In this document: piece by piece, positions 1 through 8,261 of the stretch | Numbering within the stretch: the stretch's first letter is position 1 | Layout of the letters: each line of letters begins with the position of its first letter | Assembly (NCBI GenBank): GCA_035654835.1 | Contig: DASRVZ010000008.1 | Span: 13,815 to 37,814 of the forward strand | Length of the DNA: 24,000 nt | Direction of reading: 5' to 3' | Source of the DNA: Dermatophilaceae bacterium | GTDB lineage: Bacteria > Actinomycetota > Actinomycetes > Actinomycetales > Dermatophilaceae | Made by a program: the position numbers and the translations under genes | Notes under the pieces: generated by a model | Seen by the model: the letters and a program-made list of their open reading frames with translations, nothing else | Databases searched by the model: none | What the model was told of the DNA's origin: nothing

Positions 1-2092
1 GTCGTCAAGGCTGCGCGCGGCGTGGGTGGCCGCGGTCTCCTCCGTCGGCGTAGGCAGGTCCAGGCTCTTCAGCGGGGTGGTCGCGACGGGTGCTCCCGGC
101 GTAGTGCCCTCGTCCTCGGCGACGGGCTCCAACCGGACGACCGGTGTGCCTGTCTCGACCTGACCGCCGGTCGTGACGAACAGCTCGCGCACCTGGGCGG
201 CGTACGGGGCGTGCAACACCGTCTCCATCTTCATCGACTCCAACACCAGCACCGGCGCGCCCGCCTCGACGCGGTCACCGACAGCCACAGGTGTCGCCAC
301 GACGAGCGCCGGCGCCGGCGAACGCAGTACGCCGCCCTCGTCACGTGTGACCCGATGAGTGGTTGAGTTGACCTCGATCAGGTGGACGGGACCGTGAGTG
401 GCGCTGATCAGTCGGTACCGGACGTCGCCAATGACCAGGCGGGCGAGGTACTCATCCAGCTGTTCGAGGTCGGCGTCAATCTGCCGGTCCTGTTGTGCCG
501 CATCGAATCCCACCCGGAAGCGGGTCGGGCCGACCTGCGCGACGGTGACCCGATGTGACGTGCCGCGCAGCTTCAGCTCAATGGCGCGCCCGACCTCGTG
601 CCGGGCCTGAGGCCGACCGCCGTGTGCGGTGGCGAGGAAGTGGAGTTGCTCGGCCTGCACCTGCTCCTTGTAGGCCTCAATCGCGGCGGCGACGAGCGCG
701 ACCCCGGCGTAACGGTCGGGTTGGAGCCTCCCCATGCTGCGGACCCGGTCGATCCAGCCGGTATCGGCACTGGCATCGATGATCTCGGGCTGGTCGAGCA
801 GGTCGAGCAGGAAGCTCTTGTTGGTCGTGCCGCCCTCGATGAGGACAACGGTGTCGGCAAGCGCCCGGCTCAGCCGAGCACAAGCCTCCGCGCGGGTGCG
901 CCCATGGGCGATGACCTTGGCGATCATTGAGTCGAAGTCCGCCGGGATCAGATCGCCCTGGCCCACGCCGGTGTCGACCCGGATGCCCGGGCCGGAAGGC
1001 AGGTTGAGCAGTGCGATGCGTCCCGGTGAGGGCGCGAAGTCACGGTCAGGGTCCTCTGCGTTCAGCCGCGCCTCGATGGCGTGCCCGAGCTCGGTCGGAC
1101 GTTCCCCCTCGAGGCGGCCGCCGGAGGCGACGTGCAGCTGCGCCTTGACCAGGTCGAAGCCCGTGGTCAGCTCGGTGATCGGGTGCTCGACCTGCAGCCG
1201 GGTGTTGACCTCAAGGAACGCGAAGCTGCGTTCACCGGGGTGGTACAGGAACTCGACGGTTGCCGCACCGCAGTAGTCGACGGCAAGGGCGAGCCGCTCG
1301 GCAGATGCTTTGAGCTCGCCCACCTGCTCGCCGTCCAACAGAGGCGAGGCCGACTCCTCGATGACCTTCTGGTTGCGTCGCTGTACGGAGCAGTCGCGCA
1401 CGCCGAGCGCCCACGCGGTCCCCTGGCCGTCGGCGATGACCTGCACCTCAACGTGCCGTGCACCAGTAACAAGGCGCTCGAGGAACACCACTCCGTTGCC
1501 GAAGGCGCGCGCGGCCTCGTCACGAGTACGTTCGAACGCATCGGTCAGCTCGTGGTCGGAGGTGACCACCCGAATGCCGCGACCGCCGCCACCTGCCGTT
1601 GCCTTGAGCATCAGCGGGTAGCCGATCTGGCTCGCGGCGGCCAGGGCCGCCTCGATGTCGTCAACCGCTCCACGACTCCACGGGGCCACCGGCACGCCAA
1701 CCTCCTCGGCCAGCAGCTTCGAACCGATCTTGTCGCCCAGACGTCGCATGGCGCTCGCACTCGGGCCAATGAACGTGACCCCGATCCGGTCGCACACCTC
1801 GGCGAAGTTCGGATCCTCCGCGACGAAACCCCAACCCACCCACGCGGCATCCGAACCCGTCTGCGTCAGCGCCCGTTCGAGCACGGCCAGATCGAGGTAG
1901 GGGCGATCCACGGCGGGGCCGAGGGAGTATGCCGAGTCCGCCTCTCGCACGAACATGGCCGACCGCTCACCGTCGGTGTGGAGGGCGACCGTCTCGATCT
2001 GGGCTCCGCCCAGCGCGTTGAGCTCCCGCACGGCGTGGATCAGTCGCATCGCGGCCTCTCCGCGGTTGACGATCGCGATACGGCTGACCATG
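1..2092 (-). CDS. Acyl-CoA carboxylase, single-chain type: biotin carboxylase + BCCP domains, continuing past the window edge (3' partial)
   Basis: Not in the ORF track because it has no stop in the window. My minus-strand translation from ATG at 2092-2090 gives MVSRIAIVNRGEAAMRLIHAVRELN (biotin carboxylase N-terminus). It also shows the ATP-grasp glycine loop KATAGGGGRGIR, the motif FLEVNTRLQVEHP, and the biotinylation motif LESMKMET (Lys codon at 229-231). After the BCCP domain ends (..PVVRLEP) the frame stays open for about 40 more codons of Pro/Thr/Glu-rich linker to position 1. High GC3 throughout. Confidence 0.9.
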
Positions 2093-2552
2093 TGAGGCGA
2101 CTCCCTGAGTTCGGCGGACCCCCGACACTAGAGGTCAGGCTGTGCTCCCGCAGGAGCGCACTGCTGTGGACGCGCCCGACGTTGGGAGCAGACGCGACGC
2201 GATCGAGCCGCCGCACAACAATATCCCCGGCCGTGACCCGGGTCTTCCACGGAGCCAAACATAGCCAAACATATGCTCGGCTGGACCTGCAGCCGCGTAG
2301 TCGGACAGAGGAGATCAGGCTCGAAGACCCATCATGGCTGCCCGATGCAGGGCGCAAGGTGACGTGGCACACCGAGACGACCGACGGACGCGCCGCGGTC
2401 TACGACGACGCCGTCTCAACGCCGCGCTGACAGCACCGTTGCCGGAGCTTGCCGACATGATGTTGTCGCTGTTGGAGGAGCATTTGGTCCGACCGGGTCC
2501 CAGCCGTTTGCGCCGAGGCCCTGGCGGCCGTTCGTGCTTTGTTGACCAGGCT

Positions 2553-3231
2553 CTAGCCGGACACGCGGGATTGGAACCGGTCACGACTCGCATCCCTGTC
2601 GACCGGAATCAGCGCCCGGCAGTCGGCGATTGAGGCGGCGAGCAGCTCGACCAGCCGCTGTTCGACATCCGGTGCGCACGCCGAGGCAATGCCCTCTACC
2701 GCGATGCTCACGGTGCGCGGCGCGGTTTGCGCGCGGAAGATCCCTCGCGATCCGCGTGACCTGCTCGAGAAGGACCGGGCCCATGCGGCAGCGTCAGGGA
2801 CCTGCTCCAGCACGTGGCGACTCTGTGGGCTCACGTAGTCCTGTTCGCGGCCGTCGAGCTCAGCGAGGAGGCGTTCGCACCCGATCACGGCGGTGGCCAA
2901 CACGTTTTGCCGTGACGCTGAGGCGATCGGCAGGGCTGTCCACGCCGAGCGCAATGCGATTGCAGCGTTCACGTGAACGTCGTCACTGTTCAGGCCGATG
3001 ACCGACGGGATCAAGGGTATGAGGCCGGGGCGAAACCGATCGCTCACGCTGTCGTTGATGAGTCGGGCCAGTTCTGCGAGCAGCGGGTGGGTGCAGGTGG
3101 GATGGTCGCTCCAGCGCTCGCCCGCCAGGACGGAGGCCATCTCCATGAAACAGGCGCCTCGGCGCGGGTTGCGGTGCTTGCCGCGAGACAGTACCGGCAT
3201 CGACTCCGGCGCCGTGATCGTGGGCGTCATG
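2553..3231 (-). CDS. Conserved hypothetical protein with a Cys/His cluster (CFMEMASVLAGERWSDHPTCTHP)
   Basis: The track ORF 2553..3260 begins at a TTG. I prefer ATG at 3231 (MTPTITAPES..) because GGAGGA sits 5 nt upstream (revcomp of 3237-3242). High GC3. No family recognised. Confidence 0.7.
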
Positions 3232-3256
3232 GTGTCCTCCCGAAAGTCCGGGTCCT

Positions 3257-3451
3257 TCAATCCTCATAGTCTGCGCCGCAGGCGCGACGTGCACCATCCC
3301 CAGCCCGGCCGGGCTCCCGGCTCCCGGCCGTTCCGGCAAGGAGGGCGGGCAGGTCGGCCAGGGATTCGATCGCAGCATCGTTGCCGGTGCCGAGGGCGAA
3401 CTCGATCGCCGCCTCGACCTTGGGTCCCATCGAGCCGGCCGCAAAGTCCAT
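3257..3451 (-). CDS. Small hypothetical protein (64 aa), possibly co-transcribed between the DivIVA-like gene and the 226-aa gene
   Basis: ATG-started ORF with GC3 about 77% by my codon count (about 83% over the first 48 codons). It fills the gap between two same-strand genes. No convincing Shine-Dalgarno and no recognisable family. Confidence 0.35.
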   Translation of the reverse strand: MDFAAGSMGPKVEAAIEFALGTGNDAAIESLADLPALLAGTAGSREPGRAGDGARRACGADYED

Positions 3452-3515
3452 CTCGGCGTGGCAGGTCAGCCTTCGTTCCGTGGCACGTGCTGTTGCGAGT
3501 TCGCCACCTTCGTTG

Positions 3516-4433
3516 TCAGCTGGTCTCGTCGGCGTCGCTCGGGTCGGCGTCGCTCGGGATGGCGTCGCTCGGGTCGGGCCCGGTCCGGTCCAGCTTGATC
3601 AGCTGACCCTCGAGGTAGGACTGCAGATGGGCGCGTTGGTCTCGCTCGAAGGTTCTCAGCTCTTCGATCCCTTCCTGCAGCAAGCTACGTTCATGACCGA
3701 GCGCCTGAAACACCTCGGCCCTCTTCTGCTCGGCCTCGGTGATCATTCCGGTGGAACGCTCCCGCGCCTCGGTGATGATGTGCTGACGCTCGGTATTGGC
3801 CTTCGCGATCAGCTCGTCCGCCTCGGCGATGAGCGCGTGGTGCTTGGCCAAGCCGACGGAAACGAGCTCGTCGTACTTGGCCTGACCGGTCGAGAGAAGC
3901 TCTTCATGCCTCGCCGTGGCTTCACCAACAACCTGGTCGTGGCGTGACTGCCCCTCGCTGATGAGGCGCTCGCGAGTGTCTTCGCCCTCGGACACGTACT
4001 CGTCGTGCAACTTCTGTGCGAGCGCCAGCACTCCAGTCGCCGAGCCCAAGCCTGCCGCGGAAGCACCGCCGATCTCGTCCGCCGCAGGAGCTCCGGCGGC
4101 CAACGCGGACTTGGCAATCTCGTCGGCTGCTTCCGTGGCTGCGCGTGCCCGCTGAGCCGCTCCCGCCTCCGCCGCCTCGGCTTCCGCGTTCGCCTTGGCA
4201 ATGCGAGCGGCTGCGTCTTTCTCTATGTTCTCGGCAGACGCTATGGCGGCCGCGATCTTGTCCAGGGCGTCAGGAGGGATGAGCGCGCGGAGCTCGTCGT
4301 TGTCATGTGTCAGGCGACGCAGTTCGACGACGATCTGGTCGAGGAACTCGTCGACCTCGTTCTCGTCGTAGCCACGGCGAAGTTCAGTCGCCGTGAAGTC
4401 TTTGTTGATTACATCGTCGGTCATGATTGCCAT
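3516..4433 (-). CDS. DivIVA-domain coiled-coil protein
   Basis: The N-terminus is the DivIVA-type signature: [33 protein letters not shown]. It is followed by a long Ala/Glu-rich helical region with internal repeats ([37 protein letters not shown]). RBS GAGGTGA lies 5 nt upstream of ATG 4433. Confidence 0.85.
   Translation of the reverse strand: MAIMTDDVINKDFTATELRRGYDENEVDEFLDQIVVELRRLTHDNDELRALIPPDALDKIAAAIASAENIEKDAAARIAKANAEAEAAEAGAAQRARAATEAADEIAKSALAAGAPAADEIGGASAAGLGSATGVLALAQKLHDEYVSEGEDTRERLISEGQSRHDQVVGEATARHEELLSTGQAKYDELVSVGLAKHHALIAEADELIAKANTERQHIITEARERSTGMITEAEQKRAEVFQALGHERSLLQEGIEELRTFERDQRAHLQSYLEGQLIKLDRTGPDPSDAIPSDADPSDADETS
3528..3572. repeat. 15-bp in-frame tandem repeat x3 (gtcggcgtcgctcgg, gtcggcgtcgctcgg, gatggcgtcgctcgg)
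   Basis: Read directly from the sequence. It encodes the C-terminal [15 protein letters not shown] pentapeptide repeat of the DivIVA-domain protein. Confidence 0.9.
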
Positions 4434-4851
4434 ATCGTCACCTCAATCGACTTGGTCCGGGGAAAGCAAGGATGCGCAAGGTCACCGGCACCTTCACGAT
4501 GGTCGAATTCGTCGGAGCACCGTTCCGATGTTGGACGGTTACCAAGACCACTGGCGCTGGAATCGCGGACGCCAGGACCGCAGTGTCACGATCTTTCATT
4601 TGCCCAACCCATTAACGGTGGGCGGTCCTGTCTTGGCCGCCGCTGACCATTAAGTTACGGGTCGGGTAAAGATGCTTTGAAGTAGTTGGTCAACATCTTG
4701 GCCTTTGAGGGTCGGATTCTGACCGTTGAACCTATAACCCCTAGTCCAAACGGACGATGGCCTCTTCGGTACTCCATGAAATGCGCGCATGCCAGCCCCG
4801 GTCGGCCGGCGGCTTCTCCAGTGCTTTCGTGCCCGACCGGGCACACCCCGT

Positions 4852-5268
4852 CTACGCGGCGGTCCCGAACTCTGAGCGGCCGGAGCCTGCGCGGCGACGA
4901 ACGACGACTGCATCCCGGACGACCGCATCAGGCGCTACCCGCTCACCGCGCCCGATCACGACGTCGGACCCGACCCGTGCTCCCGTGCCGATCCACGTCC
5001 CGTCCTCCACCCGCGTGCGCGGGCCGAGGTGCACATTCCCGGCGACCACGACGTCCTCCCCGACGATCACGTCGAGGTCCAGCCAGCTGCCCGCGCCTAT
5101 CCGAGAGCGGTCGCCCACCTGCGCACCGGCTTCGACATGAGCCGTCGAGGCGACTATCGCACCCTCGTGCACCCGCGCCTGCGGTGAGACCAGCCCGCCG
5201 CCGTTGGCGTGGCGCACGTAACGCACCACCTGTCCGTCGTCGTCTTCGAACTCGACACTCGCTGCCAT
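4852..5268 (-). CDS. Hexapeptide-repeat (left-handed beta-helix-like) protein, function unknown
   Basis: Recurrent [LIV]-G/A-x4 periodicity: VEAGAQVGDRSRIGAGSWLDLDVIVGEDVVVAGNVHLGPRTRVEDGTWIGTGARVGSDVVIGRGERV. RBS GAAAGGGA lies 3-4 nt upstream of ATG 5268. Confidence 0.7.
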   Translation of the reverse strand: MAASVEFEDDDGQVVRYVRHANGGGLVSPQARVHEGAIVASTAHVEAGAQVGDRSRIGAGSWLDLDVIVGEDVVVAGNVHLGPRTRVEDGTWIGTGARVGSDVVIGRGERVAPDAVVRDAVVVRRRAGSGRSEFGTAA

Positions 5269-5680
5269 GTATCCCTTTCTCGACCCTTCTTCCGTTTACA
5301 TAACGTGGGGAGGACTGCCAGGATTCCTTCGTTCCGGTGGCCGGGGTCGATTGCTCGACAGCCGGCAGGGAAGGGACTGAGCTCGTCGCCTTCTGGTACA
5401 GGCAAGTCTGGGTCGGCCCGTCAAAGGACGGGACCCGCACGCCGGAGACTCGGGCGCCCGCGCACACCAGCAGATCCCATCCGTCCTGGCCGCGGACCGA
5501 CCTAGAGGCAGGAAGCCGACGAGGGCAGGAAACCATCATGTCGATAGCTCCTTTCGGCCCTATCGGGCTCACAGAACTCGGCGAACGATAGAAGAACGGA
5601 GAGAGGTGTGCCATGAGTAGCGCAACCCAGGGCGAGCGGCCTACCCAGACATCTGCGGCCGGTGTCTGGCTCGGACGGGC

Positions 5681-5980
5681 ATGGGCGCCGTCGCGCTGAT
5701 ACCGGTTTTCTTCATCATCGCCTTTGCAGTGGGCCAGGTCCTGTACAGCCTGATGGGCTACCTACCCGAAAACGCCGGTATCCCCTTGTGGGTGGACCTG
5801 GTTGCCACCATTCCAACCATGGCTGTGTTCTTGGTCCCCTGCGCGGCAGCCGTTCTCTACGGCAGGCGGGTCAACAGCGTCGGCGACCGCCGCGGCCTGG
5901 TCCCTCTGTGCATCGGAGCGTTGGCCGGTCTCGGGCTCCTGATGCTAAGCATTGTCACGATCATCTCCAGCCACCTGTAG
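5681..5980 (+). CDS. Small integral membrane protein (3 predicted TM helices)
   Basis: Three hydrophobic stretches: ALIPVFFIIAFAVGQVLYSLMGY, LVATIPTMAVFLVPCAAAVLY and LVPLCIGALAGLGLLMLSIVTII. The SD at ATG 5681 is weak. A much stronger SD serves an out-of-frame ATG at 5613 (see findings). Confidence 0.6.
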   Translation: MGAVALIPVFFIIAFAVGQVLYSLMGYLPENAGIPLWVDLVATIPTMAVFLVPCAAAVLYGRRVNSVGDRRGLVPLCIGALAGLGLLMLSIVTIISSHL

Positions 5981-6207
5981 TCCGTGACGCACGTTCACCA
6001 TCGCGGCCTGAGCGTGGGTTGTCTCTCGGCTGTTGGCCCCGATCAGTGCCTGAGCGCAGCAGTCGACGACTTCGAAAACCGGCGTTGGGTCTCAAGACGC
6101 ATGGCACTTGTTGGCGGTTCTGGGCCCCGTCGACGCAGGCGGGACGGTGCCAGAAGTCGTCACGTCACCATCGAAGACACGTCGGCTGACCCGCAGGCCG
6201 TCCGGGA

Positions 6208-6537
6208 TCAGTCCTCTGTCGCGGTGGCCAGGCCCAGCTCGTCGAGCACCCGTGGCTCGTCGGTGAAGTCGCCGATCAACACCCGCACGGGAAGGGGTAG
6301 CTCCTTGATCAGGGTTGGTACCGCCAGCACCCCCCGGGAGAAGACCTCTGCGGGCTGCTCGTAGATGTCGACGATGCTCAGGTCGTAGCCGAAGAGTGCG
6401 TGCCGGTCGCACATATCGCGCAGCCGGCGCTCTGCCCGGGCTGAGGCGGGGGAGGTCCCGCTGACGAACAGGGTTAGGTGTAGCCGTCCCGGGTTGGGCG
6501 CACTTCCCTGTTCGTGCGGTTCGGTGGGGGTGCTCAC
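6208..6537 (-). CDS. kaiB: Circadian clock protein KaiB homologue
   Basis: LTLFVSGTSPASARAERRLRDMC..YDLSIVDIYEQPAEVFSRGVLAVPTLIKELPLPVRVLIGDFTDEPRVLDELGL matches the remembered Synechococcus KaiB pattern (LKLYVAG.TP.S..A...L..IL...Y.LKVIDV..NP.LAE...ILATPTL.K.LP.PVRRIIGDLSD..KVL). The GTG start overlaps the kaiC TGA as GTGA (6534-6537). Confidence 0.92.
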   Translation of the reverse strand: MSTPTEPHEQGSAPNPGRLHLTLFVSGTSPASARAERRLRDMCDRHALFGYDLSIVDIYEQPAEVFSRGVLAVPTLIKELPLPVRVLIGDFTDEPRVLDELGLATATED

Positions 6538-8261
6538 GGTTCGTTCTCCGGGTATCTGACGGTGCGCCGTCGCCCTTGCGCTAGCCGGTCCAGCCGCACC
6601 GCTTCCAGGCGCTGTTGGCTCGCCTCGATCAGTTCTCGGGCCAGTCTTTCCTCGGCCGCAAAGTCAGCCAGCAGTGTGGCCACGTGCGCGTCGACCGTCT
6701 CCCTGCGGCGCTCCAGCGCGCTGGCCAGCTCCGCGGACTCCAGCGACAAGGTCTCGGCGGCGGCCCGCTCGGCGCTCTCCGCAGCGACGCGCGCCGAACC
6801 CGTCAACACCCCCTGGTCGCCGATGACCACTGGGACGACGTCCACCCCAAGGTCGCTGAGCACGAACTCGCGGATCTGGTTCGAGTGGGCCATGCCACGG
6901 CTCTTCATTACGTAAAGTCCGCGGTTGCGCTCTCCAAAAGCGCTCAGCATGACGACCTCCAACGAGGTGTTGACCAACGATGAGATGTTCAAGATGACCT
7001 GCTCCACCCCGGCTTCCTCGCTCAGCACCGTCATCACGGCCGTGATGCCGGCCGACTTCAGGTAGTAGACCTGGCGCATCAGCATGGCCGAGACGTCGAA
7101 AGGAGTCGCACCGCGGGCCAGGCTGCTCACCGGATCGATCACCACCAGCGTCGGGGAGAACTCCCGGATCAGCCGCTGCATCAGGACCAGGTGGTCCTCC
7201 AGCCCGCGGGTGGTCGGCCGCTCGCACTGGAAGCGCAGCAGCCCCCGCTGCACCCAGCCAGCCAGATCCAGCCCCACTGAGGCCATGTTGCGGTAGATCT
7301 CAGACTCGGACTCCTCGAAGCTGAAGAACACCACCTTCTCCCCGCGTCGGCAGGCGGCGTCGGCGAAGTTCGCTGCGATCGTCGTCTTACCGGTGCCAGA
7401 CGTCCCGCTGATCAGGACACCACTGCCCCGGAACACACCGTGCCCGCCGAGCATCGCATCCAGCCCAGCTACGCCGGTGGAGACCCGATCGTTGCTGACA
7501 TCCTGAGCCAGACCCAGCGCGGTGATCGGCAGCACCTCGAGGCCGTCAGCGCCGATCAAGAACGGGTACTCGTTCCTGCCATGCGTTGAGCCGCGGTACT
7601 TCAGCACCCGTAGTCGCCGGGTGGCGACGTCCAGGACCACCCGGTCGTCCAGGACCACCACGCAGTCGGACAGATAGGCCTCAATGCCGTGCCGGGTGAG
7701 CGTGCCCTCGCCACGCTCCCCGGTGATCACGGTGGTCAGATCGTTGTCCTTGAGCCAGCGGAACAGCCGCCTCAGCTCGGACCGGACCAGAGACGGTTTG
7801 TCGAAGGCGGCGAACAACGCCTCCACGTTGTCGATGGCGACCCGTTTCGCACCGACCTTCTCCACGGCAAAAGCCAGGCGGACCATCAGCGCCTCGAGGT
7901 TGAAGTTGCCGGTATCGGCGACCTGGGGCTCCAAGGCCAGCGCGTCGACCAGCAGCCGGCCGTCCGCCTCCAGCCCGTCAAGGTCGAAGTTGAGCGAGCC
8001 AACGTCGGCCACCACGTCGGCCCGGTCCTCCTCGAAAGTAACGAACACTCCCGGCTCGGCGTAACGCGTGACGCCGTTGACCAGGAACTGCAGTGCAAAC
8101 AGGCTCTTGCCCGCGCCCGGCGGGCCGCACACCAGGCTGGGTCGCCCAGTCGGCAGTCCACCGTCGGTGATCTGGTCAAAACCCCCTATCCCCGTCGGGC
8201 TCTTGGACAACACCGAGCGCCGCTGTCCATCCAAGCCTTCGACGTCAGCGTTAGTCACCAT
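6534..8261 (-). CDS. kaiC: KaiC homologue (double RecA/KaiC ATPase domains) with an extra helical C-terminal tail
   Basis: - Two Walker A motifs: CGPPGAGKS and SGTSGTGKT.
- Catalytic Glu pairs in both halves: VTFEED and FSFEESE.
- LKYRGSTHG and VMKSRGMAHS motifs.
- A Ser-Ser pair (NISSLV, codons 6978-6983) sits where S. elongatus KaiC has S431/T432 (HISTITD).
- The last 88 aa (6537-6800) are Ala/Glu/Leu/Arg-rich helix.
- Start: ATG 8261 (MVTNADVEG) is preferred because GGAGCGGG lies 4 nt upstream. The track start at 8279 has no SD. Confidence 0.95.
   Translation of the reverse strand: MVTNADVEGLDGQRRSVLSKSPTGIGGFDQITDGGLPTGRPSLVCGPPGAGKSLFALQFLVNGVTRYAEPGVFVTFEEDRADVVADVGSLNFDLDGLEADGRLLVDALALEPQVADTGNFNLEALMVRLAFAVEKVGAKRVAIDNVEALFAAFDKPSLVRSELRRLFRWLKDNDLTTVITGERGEGTLTRHGIEAYLSDCVVVLDDRVVLDVATRRLRVLKYRGSTHGRNEYPFLIGADGLEVLPITALGLAQDVSNDRVSTGVAGLDAMLGGHGVFRGSGVLISGTSGTGKTTIAANFADAACRRGEKVVFFSFEESESEIYRNMASVGLDLAGWVQRGLLRFQCERPTTRGLEDHLVLMQRLIREFSPTLVVIDPVSSLARGATPFDVSAMLMRQVYYLKSAGITAVMTVLSEEAGVEQVILNISSLVNTSLEVVMLSAFGERNRGLYVMKSRGMAHSNQIREFVLSDLGVDVVPVVIGDQGVLTGSARVAAESAERAAAETLSLESAELASALERRRETVDAHVATLLADFAAEERLARELIEASQQRLEAVRLDRLAQGRRRTVRYPENEP

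Noticed and set aside
1081-2430. 449-aa + strand ORF (and neighbours 734..1276, 1310..1621) overlapping the carboxylase gene
   Set aside because: These are antisense shadow ORFs typical of high-GC DNA. The translation is Arg/Gly/Pro/His-rich with no motifs. The minus-strand frame gives an unmistakable biotin carboxylase/BCCP sequence.
2334-2633. 99-aa + ORF and a tiny GTG-started ORF (2359..2430, ..TWHTETTDGRAAVYDDAVSTPR) in the carboxylase upstream region
   Set aside because: The 99-aa ORF is Arg-rich low-complexity and overlaps the end of the 226-aa gene on the other strand. The 23-codon ORF has only a weak SD and no support beyond moderate GC3.
3528-3572. CRISPR-like array (also considered for 19942-19974 and 2253-2272)
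   Set aside because: The repeat units are 10-15 bp and directly abutting, with no spacers. One is inside a coding region, and there are no cas genes. These are simple tandem repeats.
5440-5612. Possible guanidine-III / ZTP / fluoride-type riboswitch upstream of the small membrane protein
   Set aside because: There is only a superficial resemblance (gccgacgagggcagg versus the GGACGAGG of ykkC-III). The rest of each consensus is absent, and the downstream protein is not an SMR, CrcB or other expected effector. The region is left as 'unexplained' rather than called.
4943-5614. 223-aa minus-strand ORF and 4686..5303 + ORF around the hexapeptide-repeat gene
   Set aside because: They overlap the better-supported 4852..5268 ORF, which has an SD and a regular hexapeptide periodicity. 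Their translations are Arg/Pro-rich nonsense.
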